Assembly (NCBI GenBank): GCA_965603825.1
Contig: CBFDEM010000003.1
Location: 62,001-126,000 of the forward strand
DNA length: 64,000 nucleotides
Origin: Blepharisma stoltei ATCC 30299
Lineage: Eukaryota > Protista > Ciliophora
Reading direction: 5' to 3'
A program made the translations under genes and the position numbers. Shown piece after piece: positions 14,201-23,893 of this stretch (positions within the stretch are counted from its first letter, which is position 1; every line of letters begins with the position of its first letter). The notes under the pieces were generated by a model. The model was not told the origin of the DNA. It saw only the letters and a list, made by a program, of their open reading frames with translations, and ran no database searches.

Positions 14201-15441
14201 ATATTGCAGCTAGCAATCAAGATATTGAATATGAGGAATTTATCGAATTATTAAAAGAAAACTACGATAATCAGATTAAACGTCTAGAAAGCATATTATC
14301 TGCTAAGCTTTTAGATAAAGAAGAAAAGAATTGGATGCCGGATTTAATGGTTAAAAATAGAATTCTTAAACAATTTAAAGATTCTTGAAAGAAAAACCAA
14401 TTTAAATTAATAAAAGCAAATATACAAGAGCTAATGGACAAGAAGGATCTACATTTTATAGAAAATATAAACAAAATAAAAAGTCGCGGATCTTGCTTAA
14501 AAATATGATACTTTATTAGAGGAATTTTTATATCAGATCATACAAAGCTAGAAATAATTGCCGCTATAGAAAATAATTGCAGTTACAAATTCAAAAAAAT
14601 TTGTAAAAAGCTCTATAAACGGATAATGAAATTGGTAGCTAATATTGATACAGAAAACTTAAATGAGCTCAGAGTTATCGAATTTAAATATAATCCCCCT
14701 GAACCTGAAAATATCCATATAAAAATATTCGACTATGATACAAACTCTTATGCAAATTTAATGGATTTCTTAAATAAGAATATAACACACAATTTAGATG
14801 GAAAAAATGATTTTTATCATAAATTTATAAAAGAAAATTTAATTCTTGGGCTAGTTGGATACACAGATTTAAACTTCACAAGGACTGCTAGATTTACATT
14901 GCTGATGGTAAATGTTTTTATGAACTGCTGGGTATCAATATCGTTTTTCCAAGCTGATGGCTGATTTTATACAACTGAATTGGAAGATTATGGAGTTAAT
15001 TTAGTCAAAGTGTTGATAGTCGCTATATCTATGGCAATTGGACTTATTGTTGATATTATTGGACATTTTTTGCCAAATAATTATCTTCAAGAAGAAAATT
15101 TGAGTAATGAAAAATTTGTAAGTTGAAGGTCGAAAATAGCTTATATATTTAGCTGAAGTTTAATGGTGTATCTTGCCTATAGTGCATGCTTGAATGGAAG
15201 CAAACTAAAAAGTGACCAGCAAATTCAATTAATCCAGGCAATTTTTATTAATTTGCTGAGCAATCTTACATTTTTAGGATTGATAAAGCCAGGGATTATT
15301 GCTGCGTTTCAGTCAGAAGCTGTAAGTCAAAAATTCTCAGGAATAAAGAAGATTTTATGTTTTTGTAAAAGAAAAGGGCCTGGAATTGCACCATTAGAAA
15401 GCTCTGAAACAGAAAGATTTACTCATGATAATAATGTTTAA
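5203..15441 (+). CDS. Giant polycystin-1/REJ-like receptor with long furin-like Cys-rich ectodomain, PKD/REJ, GPS-like region and about 5 TM; 3412 aa
   Basis: ATG at 5203 begins a signal peptide (MKIIFFFLFLLHLPQCLA). All ORF fragments 5350-15441 are in one frame, separated only by about 17 TGA codons. Motifs NCPPQNGTFSVTPSEG (REJ), VQCICEAS (GPS-like), DLNFTRTARF. Ends TAA. Confidence 0.85.
5810..8700 (+). repeat. Intragenic 585-bp (195-aa) tandem repeat: about 3.3 near-identical copies (6361-8330) plus degenerate flanking copies
   Basis: The same sequence recurs at 6361/6946/7531/8116 and at 6901/7486/8071 (period 585). Outer boundaries are approximate. Confidence 0.9.
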
Positions 15442-15683
15442 TTTCAAAATTAAAATTATAATAACATAGTAATTTGAATAAATCTATTAGAGTACTTATA
15501 ATTGATTTTTAAAAATAATAGTAAATAAAACATAGTCCAGAGCTCTGCAGAGACTAAATTTTGCATTTTTGGCCATTATTAAAATAATTTTGAATTATAA
15601 AAAATAAATTTTAAATATTATTGAAAAATATTATCTAATTAATTTATTCAAAATTAATACAATCTATAAAGCAATAAAGGATG

Positions 15684-16859
15684 TTACTCATTATTAGTTT
15701 CCTGAGCTCTAGGCTGCTTTACTCTGTATTTTCCTTGTCTTCCTCCTGATTTTTCATGTCTCCCTTGCTTATAAGAATTATATTGAGTTTTTGGTTTCAC
15801 TTCTACAGGTGGCGGAGCATTAGAAAGAATTTTTTTGGTTTCTTCATCATTTCCCCAAGCTTTTGGTTTTTTTACCTTAATTTCATCAGTTTTTTCTTCC
15901 ACCTTAGGCTCTTCTTTTCTCGGCGATTTTTTGACATATCTTTGAGGTTTTCCCTGGGCTTCTTCTACTTTTTCTTCAGGTTTTTCTTGGTTCTCTGCAG
16001 GATTTTCTTGAATTTCTCCTTCTTCTAGCTCTTCTTGCTCATAATCTTCATATTTTTCTTCATATTCTTTTCTTTTTTCTTCTTCCTCTTGCTGTCTCTT
16101 TCTCTCAAATTCTAATTCTTTTGCCAAGGTGTCAATAGGTTTGGCATTTCCAAAAGGATTTGACTTTGGTTTTGGCGGTGGAGGTAATTTTTCTTCCTCA
16201 ACTTTGACAGACTGCTCTGAAGATGGTGCAATTACGATTTTTCCTGAATTAATTATTTTTGGCCTTTCTTTAGGCTTTTCTTCTTTTCTAGACTCATAAT
16301 TGTTGCTATTGTTGTATCTGCTTCTTTGAGGCTGCTGATATCTTCCTCTTCCGTTGTTTCTTCTTTCTCCTCTTCTTTCTCCTCTATCTCCTCTATCTCC
16401 TCGATCACCTCTTCCTCTGCCTCTTCTTCTCCCTCCATCATAAGATCCGTCATCTAGATAAATGCTCATATCTCTGTTCCTTAGTACGTCTCCATCCCTT
16501 TTCGCAATTTTCAAAGCTATTTCTTTATTTGGCATTTTTAAGGCCGCGCTGCCTTTGAACTGATTTCTTTCATTTTTATGCATATCAATCGAAATTTCAT
16601 CTATTTCTTCGTCAGTGAGACCAAAAAATTCATATAGTTCATTTTCATCTCTGATATCATAAGAAATGTTGCAGAGCTTGAGACAATAAGGAGGGCTTGC
16701 GCTTTCGATTTTTGATGATAAAGATTTTATAGGTTGAGATGATGACAAAGTGACGGATTGTGACTGCTGAGGAGCTTCTTCGTTTTTTGGAGGCTGCTCT
16801 TCTTCAGACAAATCCTCATCACTGTCATCTGCCCAATTCGACCTTTTCGGTCCTTCCAT
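15684..16859 (-). CDS. eIF4B/eIF4H-like RRM protein
   Basis: N-terminal NWADD, RRM (LKLCNISY...FKGSAALKM), RG/DR-rich tract, and the eIF4B-type motif KSNPFGNAKPIDT. Confidence 0.75.
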   Translation of the reverse strand: MEGPKRSNWADDSDEDLSEEEQPPKNEEAPQQSQSVTLSSSQPIKSLSSKIESASPPYCLKLCNISYDIRDENELYEFFGLTDEEIDEISIDMHKNERNQFKGSAALKMPNKEIALKIAKRDGDVLRNRDMSIYLDDGSYDGGRRRGRGRGDRGDRGDRGERRGERRNNGRGRYQQPQRSRYNNSNNYESRKEEKPKERPKIINSGKIVIAPSSEQSVKVEEEKLPPPPKPKSNPFGNAKPIDTLAKELEFERKRQQEEEEKRKEYEEKYEDYEQEELEEGEIQENPAENQEKPEEKVEEAQGKPQRYVKKSPRKEEPKVEEKTDEIKVKKPKAWGNDEETKKILSNAPPPVEVKPKTQYNSYKQGRHEKSGGRQGKYRVKQPRAQETNNE

Positions 16860-17176
16860 TATAAAGGAAAATAATGGTAAAAATTATGCGCAAAGAGGAA
16901 AAGGTGAAGAAAAACTAATAAAAAGTCGCAGAAAAAGAAGGAAAAGCGGGGAAATTATGGGCAATGATTTAGCTGCAGGAAAAGATTTCTGATAGAAAAG
17001 CTACTGGCTTATTAATTATATCAAGAATGTCTGAGAAAAATAAAGGCAGAATTTAAGGAAAATTTATGAGGTTTTGTGAGATTTTAATTAATTTTTATTA
17101 TTCATATGCAAAACTAAGATAAAGTTAAAAATAATGCAGTCAAAATTAATTTAATTATTTTTTCTCCCTAAATCTA

Positions 17177-18166
17177 TTAAATTAATCCATTATACCTCTC
17201 ATATGGAATATTTTGTCTACATATACATCTAAGATATTCCCTTCCTTGATTTATTTTCAAAATACATTCCCTACAAACTTGTCTACACTCACAAACTTTT
17301 TCTTGGACTAATTTATAACTTTTGCACTCCTTACACAAAATATATAAGTTAATCCCATTAATAACGTCATCTGCAAATCTTGTATGATGTATCGGACAGT
17401 TATATAAACATTGCTGAAAAATACAAAAATTACACACGTCTCTACAGCATTTTGCCATTTGGCAAATATTCATATAAAGATCAGGATTTTCTACTAAATC
17501 ATTGCATACATGGCAATAGCCAAATTTTGAACCAGATCCTTGTTCCCTTAATGTCCCATGATACACAATGTCATCAAAAGGTCTATTTTTTTCTAAAGCA
17601 GCTTCAAGAAATGTCAAGGCTTCATTTTCTGTATAAAGGCTGAACACAATTTTTTTTAAGGTGGTATTTGGGTTTTTTAAAATAAAATTTCCTGCATAAA
17701 TAATAAACGAGTCTATATGGCATCTTGCTGCATCTATAATTGGAAAGCCAAAAATGCCACATGAAATGCCTGGAATGCCTATGCTTGTGAGCTGTAAAAC
17801 ATTTGCAGCTTCAATAGCTCCAAATATAGCACTTACTAGTTGGTCACAATCATTAAAGCTTGATTTTCCAGTCGATGGTCCAACAGTATGCAAAATGAAG
17901 CTGAAAGGGAGGTTTCCTGCTGAAGTGTTAACTATTTTTCCTGGCTGTAAAAGTCCGTTTCTTCTTATATACTCACGGCATTCATTTTCTAGCTGAGGGC
18001 CAGCAAGATTGCTAATTTGGCCTGCTAGGCCTCCAACATTCTCAAGTTTTTCATTCGCTGCGTTTACAATTGCATCTGTGCGTAGGTTTAGGACACTCCC
18101 TTGCCGGATTTCTAGTTCTATTCCATTTAAAGATGCTTGGAGTAGTAAAATAGGAGCTCTTTCCAT
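17177..18166 (-). CDS. Macrodomain protein with C-terminal Cys-rich (RING/Zn-finger-like) region
   Basis: Macro motifs DAIVNAAN, ILHTVGP, IPGISCGIFGFP; multiple CxxC pairs in the last ~110 aa. Confidence 0.8.
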   Translation of the reverse strand: MERAPILLLQASLNGIELEIRQGSVLNLRTDAIVNAANEKLENVGGLAGQISNLAGPQLENECREYIRRNGLLQPGKIVNTSAGNLPFSFILHTVGPSTGKSSFNDCDQLVSAIFGAIEAANVLQLTSIGIPGISCGIFGFPIIDAARCHIDSFIIYAGNFILKNPNTTLKKIVFSLYTENEALTFLEAALEKNRPFDDIVYHGTLREQGSGSKFGYCHVCNDLVENPDLYMNICQMAKCCRDVCNFCIFQQCLYNCPIHHTRFADDVINGINLYILCKECKSYKLVQEKVCECRQVCRECILKINQGREYLRCICRQNIPYERYNGLI

Positions 18167-18675
18167 TTAAATTTATAGAAAGCTTTTGAATAATTCATGA
18201 TATAGGAAATATGAGATATAAAGTATTTATCATATTTTTCTTGTATGCTATCGTTCTATAATTTCAGGGATCTCATTCGTATTCATTACAGAAAACCAAT
18301 ATTTTTATAGCTAAGACGTAAAGAACAACTCTGACAAAATATCTAAAATTTCCAGCAGATTTTATTAATAATAAAATAATCAAGTATAAACCAAATGTAG
18401 TAAAAATTTTACATATTGGGTAAATTAACTAATTATAGGCCGATTTAAACAATAATTTCGTATTATTTTAATATAAAAGATTTAGTATTAAAGGCTGCAA
18501 AAATCATATATTTGCCTACACCTCTAACAGTTGTAGAGTTTATAAAAATTAAAATGGAACTAAGAAAGCCTTAGTCTAATCCCTTTTATCTTGATTTTCA
18601 TTTGACCTATGCCAGTCTTAATTGATTGAAATACACATAAATCCTTCATATCTCTTAATCGAGATGCCATATATA

Positions 18676-19902
18676 ATGATATTACTGCTTTTATTGGCTA
18701 CGCAAATCTTTGCCTATGATATACCAGAGCAGGTCCATGTCGCGGTTGGCGCATATCCAGGCTTAATCCAATTCACATGAAGCACACGTCAATCAACACC
18801 GACCTCAGCAGTTCGTATTTGACTCAATCCTTCCTACTTCAAGTATTATTATGGCATATCTAATATCTTCACCAGTGGAAATAATTCTTGGGTCATTCAT
18901 ACCGCAAATGCTACATTATATCCAGGAGCCACTTATATGTACCAGGTAGGCTGCATTTTGACTAATTTCAGCCAGATTTTTAAATTGACAGTTCCTCCAA
19001 GCACTGGGTCGTCCTCTACTTACCTGATCTATGCTGACCTTGATATTGGCTTAAATGGAAATCTATCATGGGCTGAGATAGAAAATAGATGGCCTCAGCT
19101 GAATGTTGATGCAGTTATTCACATGGGAGACATTGCTTATGATCTCAGCTCTGATAATGGGGCTTGGGGAGATACTTTTATGAACTCAATCCAGCCAGTA
19201 GCGAGCTCAGTACCATATATGGTATGTGTCGGAAATCATGAAGATTCTGATTACTATGAAAGCTACTTAGCGAGGTTTGCTATGCCAAACAATCAATTTT
19301 ATTATACCTGGGCTAGCGGGTATGTAAGATTCTTAGCAATTGATACAGAAACGATAGTCAATCAATTTCCAAATATGACTGATATGATAGATTATGTCGA
19401 AGACGTTTTAAACAGACCTCAAGCTGATAAAGAAGCTTACCCGTGGTTGATTGTTTATGGACATAGACCGTTTTATTGCTCATCACTCGAGAAAAAGGGT
19501 GCGTGCGGTCCTGAGGCTCAATTATTGCAAAGTGCTTTAGAAAATTTGTTTTATACATATAATGTAGATTTATATGTCAACGGGCATGTTCACAATTATG
19601 AGAGAACAGCCCCAGTTTACCGAGAAAAAGTTATGGGAAGTGGCGGATCTGGAAATATTTATATAGATCCTCTAGCAACGATATATGTGACAACTGGAGG
19701 AATAGGAGCTGATGGGGATAATGTTGATGTCAATACTAAAATTGTTCCAAGCTGGCTTGTAGCACAAGATGAAAATTTGTCTTATAGCATATTAACAGTT
19801 TTCAACGCTACCCACTTAGTTTGGCAGCAGTGGGAGACTGGTAAAGATAGAACTTCAGATGAGTTTTGGATTATTAAAGGCTTGTCTGCCTTTGCTGAGT
19901 AA
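18676..19902 (+). CDS. Purple acid phosphatase (ACP7-like), copy 1; 408 aa
   Basis: ATG 18676 plus signal peptide; TGA at 18778 (TGG in copy 2) and 18820; metal motifs GDIAY, GNHE, GHRP, GHVH. Confidence 0.9.
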
Positions 19903-20321
19903 TAAATTCTAAGTAATCAGGAAGTTATATTTAAAATCTAAACCTTATTTATTGATTAGCATTTATCTAATTAAGAGACTTTTAATAACAAACATTTTAT
20001 GTTTTTGTTTTTCCTTAGTTTCTTTTATAATCATTCAAATAAGATAGTTTTAAATTATTAGTCATAATCCTGATTTCAATAATTGAACCGCCTAATTTTA
20101 TTATACTTTCTATATCATAAAACCTGTCAGCTTGTTTCTTAATTATCTTTTTGCTTATAATTTCATAGCATTTATAAAAATTAAAATGGAACTAAGAAAG
20201 CCTTAGTCTAATCCCTTTTCGCTCGATTTTTCATTTTGACCCATGCCAGTCTTAATTGATTGAAAATACACATAAATCCTTCATATCTCTTAATCGAGAT
20301 GCCATATGACATACATATATA

Positions 20322-21551
20322 ATGATATTACTGCTTTTATTGATTGCGCGAATCTTCGCCAACGATATCCCTGAACAGGTCCATGTCGCGGTTGGCGCAT
20401 ATCCAGGCTTAATCCAATTCACATGGAGCACGCGTCTATCAACACCTACCTCAGCAGTTCGTATTGGGCTCAATCCTTCCTATCTAAAGTATTATTACGG
20501 CACATCCAATACCTTCACCAATGGTACCAATTCTTGGGTCATCCATACCGCAAATGCTACATTATATCCAGGAGCCACTTATATGTACCAGGTAGGCTGC
20601 ATTTTGACTAATTTCAGCCAGGTTTTTAAACTGACAGTCCCTCCAAGCACTGGGTCGTCCTCTACTTACCTGATCTATGCTGATCTTGATATTGGCTTAG
20701 ATGGTAATTTATCGTGGACTGAGATAGGAAATAGGTGGCCTCAGCTGAATATTGATGCAGTTATTCATATGGGAGATATTGCTTATGACCTCAGCACTGA
20801 CTATGGGACTTGGGGAGATGCCTTTATGAACTCAATCCAGCCAGTAGCAAGTTCAGTACCATATATGGTATGTGTTGGGAACCATGAAGGCGACGATAAT
20901 TACGTAAACTATTTGGCGAGGTTTGCGATGCCAAATAATCAGTTTTATTATACCTGGGCCAGTGGATATGTAAGATTCTTAGCAATTGATACAGAAACTA
21001 TAGTTCAGCAAGCTTCAGATTTGACTGAGATGATAGGATATATACAAAATGTCCTAAATAGAACTCAAGCTGATAAAGAAGCTTATCCTTGGCTGGTTGT
21101 TTATGGACATAGACCTTTTTATTGTTTATCAACCCAGAAAAAGAAGTCATGCGGATCTGAGTCTCGGCTATTACAAAGTACTTTAGAAAGTTTGTTTTAT
21201 ACATATAATGTAGATTTATACGTCAATGGGCATGTTCACAATTATGAGAGAACAACTCCAGTTTATCAAGAAAAAGTTATGGGAAGTGGCGGATCTGGAA
21301 ATGTTTATATAGATCCTCTAGCAACAATATATGTGACAACTGGAGGAATAGGAGCTGATGGGAATAATTATGATATCGATACCCAAGGTGTTCCAAGCTG
21401 GCTTGCAGCACAAGATGGAAATTTGTCTTACAGCGTTTTCACAGCTTTTAACGCTACCCACTTATTTTGGCAGCAATGGGAGACTGGGAAAAATAAAACT
21501 TCAGATGAGTTTTGGATTATTAAAGGCTCATCTGCTTTTGCTGAACAATAG
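20322..21551 (+). CDS. Purple acid phosphatase (ACP7-like), copy 2; 409 aa
   Basis: Signal peptide, PEQVH N-terminal domain, GDIAY, GNHE, GHRP, GHVH. Confidence 0.92.
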   Translation: MILLLLLIARIFANDIPEQVHVAVGAYPGLIQFTWSTRLSTPTSAVRIGLNPSYLKYYYGTSNTFTNGTNSWVIHTANATLYPGATYMYQVGCILTNFSQVFKLTVPPSTGSSSTYLIYADLDIGLDGNLSWTEIGNRWPQLNIDAVIHMGDIAYDLSTDYGTWGDAFMNSIQPVASSVPYMVCVGNHEGDDNYVNYLARFAMPNNQFYYTWASGYVRFLAIDTETIVQQASDLTEMIGYIQNVLNRTQADKEAYPWLVVYGHRPFYCLSTQKKKSCGSESRLLQSTLESLFYTYNVDLYVNGHVHNYERTTPVYQEKVMGSGGSGNVYIDPLATIYVTTGGIGADGNNYDIDTQGVPSWLAAQDGNLSYSVFTAFNATHLFWQQWETGKNKTSDEFWIIKGSSAFAEQ

Positions 21552-21637
21552 ATTTTAAGTAATTATCAATTAATTTTTTAATTTTTATGTATTATTTAAT
21601 TTTTATTAGTTTAAGAGACTTTTAGATACCAAAAATT

Positions 21638-22216
21638 TTATTTCCTAGCTTTTTTCCCTAGTTTCTTTTTGTTAGAAGCGTGCGAATGATTCATTATTTC
21701 AAGCTCATCATTCAAATATGATAACTGTAAAGCATTAGCCATAAGCCCGGTTTTCAATAATTGGACTTCTTGTGATTTTAGCATCCTTTCTGTCTCATTC
21801 AGCCTGTCAACTTCACTTCTCCTTGATCTTTTTGATGATAATTTCATAGAATCTCCAAACTGAAGGCTATCAATTGGTTCTGATCTTATTGTGTGGGATT
21901 TTCATAAATCGTTGAGCTGGCCTAAAGGACTTTCAGTATTTTCTCTTTTTTCTGCTGTTTTATGTGAATATTTAAGCCTCTCTTTTAGCTCTAAAATCGT
22001 AGCTTCTAGAGCTTCTATTGTTTTTATCAAATTTCTATTTTGATCTTCAAGCTCATTTCTTTGCCTTTCTCATTGTAGCATAATAAATTCCTTTTCGTTT
22101 TTATGAGTGATTTCTTGGGAATCTAGCATATTTTGTAAGACATCGATTTCTTTCTTTAAAACAGAATTTTCTTCTTCATATAATTTTACAATTTCTCTTA
22201 GCTCAGCTTCTGTCAT
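21638..22216 (-). CDS. Hypothetical coiled-coil protein; 192 aa
   Basis: ATG at 22216 is in frame with ORF 21638-21847 through two TGA=Trp; E/K/L-rich heptads. Confidence 0.7.
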
Positions 22217-22244
22217 AATAAAATTTTTTATTAATTTATAAACT

Positions 22245-23120
22245 TTATACAGAATATCTACAGTCCTTACTCACAAATTCTACCATTAAGTCCTTGAACT
22301 TCCCTGTGATCATAAAAAAATATTTAAAAGACAAATTTGTATTTTTCAAGCCAAGAAATTTTAGCTTGGGTAATGAGCCTATAGTGTTTACTAATAAAGC
22401 TCCGGCTTTCGGAGTAAAAAAATTGTTATTCAAGCTTAAATGGCGGAGGGTCTGAGATTTTTTGATAGTATTCAAAATCTCAATGATCCCGAGTTCACAA
22501 ATATCATTATTGTCTAAAATCAATACTTCAAGATATTTTAAATTTATAATCCCTCGTGACAAATTGATTGCCCCAATATCGCCAAGATTGGTTGAGCTCA
22601 TATCAATATACTTTATATTGATTGTGTGCTGTAGTAGCCTTTCCATTTGGTTCCCTCCCTCTGATTCCAAGTTATTGTGACTGATCGAAATTTTTTCTAG
22701 CTGAGTTAGCATCTCAAGTTTGCTATGTAACCTGTACAAATCTTTTGATGTCAAACCAACGTTGCTTAAATTAATTTCCTTTAGATTACGAAAATACTCC
22801 AAAACAGCTAATAGCTGATATATGTGATTTACATCTAAAGGAATGTAACTTAAATCCATTTCAGTCACTTTTAGCTCTTCACAAGCAAAAATAGCTTCAA
22901 ATAGATTTTTTAATTTGTTTGGCATGTGATGGCGTGAATTTGCGTAAAAATCAAGAAGGAGTTTCCTATTTGGTCCTGGGTTATTGGGAGGTGCGGAAAG
23001 ATCAAATTCTGATATGTACTTTTCGTTGGTCGGTATTACGAGCGTAGTTATCATTGAGGACTTGCCTGATTTAGAGTAGCTACTTGAATCCTTTTTGCTT
23101 TTGCCAGTGCACGCTCCCAT
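22245..23120 (-). CDS. RNI-like leucine-rich repeat protein with predicted N-myristoylation/palmitoylation (MGACTGK); 291 aa
   Basis: Repeated LxxLxLxxNxI motifs; the first true ATG at 23120 gives MG-x-C. Confidence 0.8.
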   Translation of the reverse strand: MGACTGKSKKDSSSYSKSGKSSMITTLVIPTNEKYISEFDLSAPPNNPGPNRKLLLDFYANSRHHMPNKLKNLFEAIFACEELKVTEMDLSYIPLDVNHIYQLLAVLEYFRNLKEINLSNVGLTSKDLYRLHSKLEMLTQLEKISISHNNLESEGGNQMERLLQHTINIKYIDMSSTNLGDIGAINLSRGIINLKYLEVLILDNNDICELGIIEILNTIKKSQTLRHLSLNNNFFTPKAGALLVNTIGSLPKLKFLGLKNTNLSFKYFFMITGKFKDLMVEFVSKDCRYSV

Positions 23121-23893
23121 ACTTTGGGTTTTATTTAATGTTATGCTATGCACCAAGAATGGATTTTAAAATTAATATTTAATTTTATTTAATTAGATTT
23201 TGCAATCATTGTGCTGGCTCATTACTAAAATGTAGCAACTAAATCTTGATATTCTTATTAATGAATTATAAAGTTATCAGTAATCAAATTATTTGAAAAC
23301 CCAGCATCTCTGATATGTCAATATGGAGATCATTTTTTTTATAATTCAAAATCATGCAGAAAGGTAAAAATTTCTAAGAAAAGTATTCTAATCATTTCTA
23401 AAGACTTCGAGAGTTTTTGACTTTTGCAATTTTAGAAACAGCCACTTTGCACTTTTTTTTCTTTTTTATTTAATAATTCTATTGTCATTTTATTCAGATT
23501 TAACGAAAGTAGAGGTATTACGAAAATAGCATTAAAGTTGCCATTTGTAGTATTTTTTGGTAATAAAGTTTGAAATTTGCTTGATACAGCTGAAACCTCA
23601 TCTAAAAATGGGTTATTAGAAATATACTGTTTTTAAACGGCTTAAATGCTTAATAAATTATATTTTATCAATTTAAAGACAAAAATATCTAGACTACCTT
23701 ACAAGCTTTTCCAGATCATTATTACATACAAATTGCTTAATTTTCTCTCGTATTTCAGATGCATATGGATTTGTTTATTTTTACTATAACTACCTCTAAA
23801 TTTCAAATACTTTTAACCAAATGGGTCAATAATTGTTAAATAGGACACATATATTAATTATTAAATCTGGATTTATATGTCGAGACAATTATA

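Larger units (their letters stand above)
18539..21624 (+). repeat. Tandem duplication (about 18539-19984 and 20171-21624) including ~140 bp of upstream sequence
   Basis: TTTATAAAAATTAAAATGGAACTAAGAAAGCC occurs at 18539 and 20171; TTAAGAGACTTTTA at 19971 and 21611; the CDSs are highly similar. Confidence 0.9.

Noticed and set aside
160-15441. Fragmented ORFs as pseudogenes or many small genes
   Set aside because: Fragments are in frame and separated only by TGA, which codes Trp here.
23121-23156. Upstream non-ATG start of the LRR ORF given in the track
   Set aside because: A eukaryotic ATG start at 23120 yields a canonical MGxC acylation motif.
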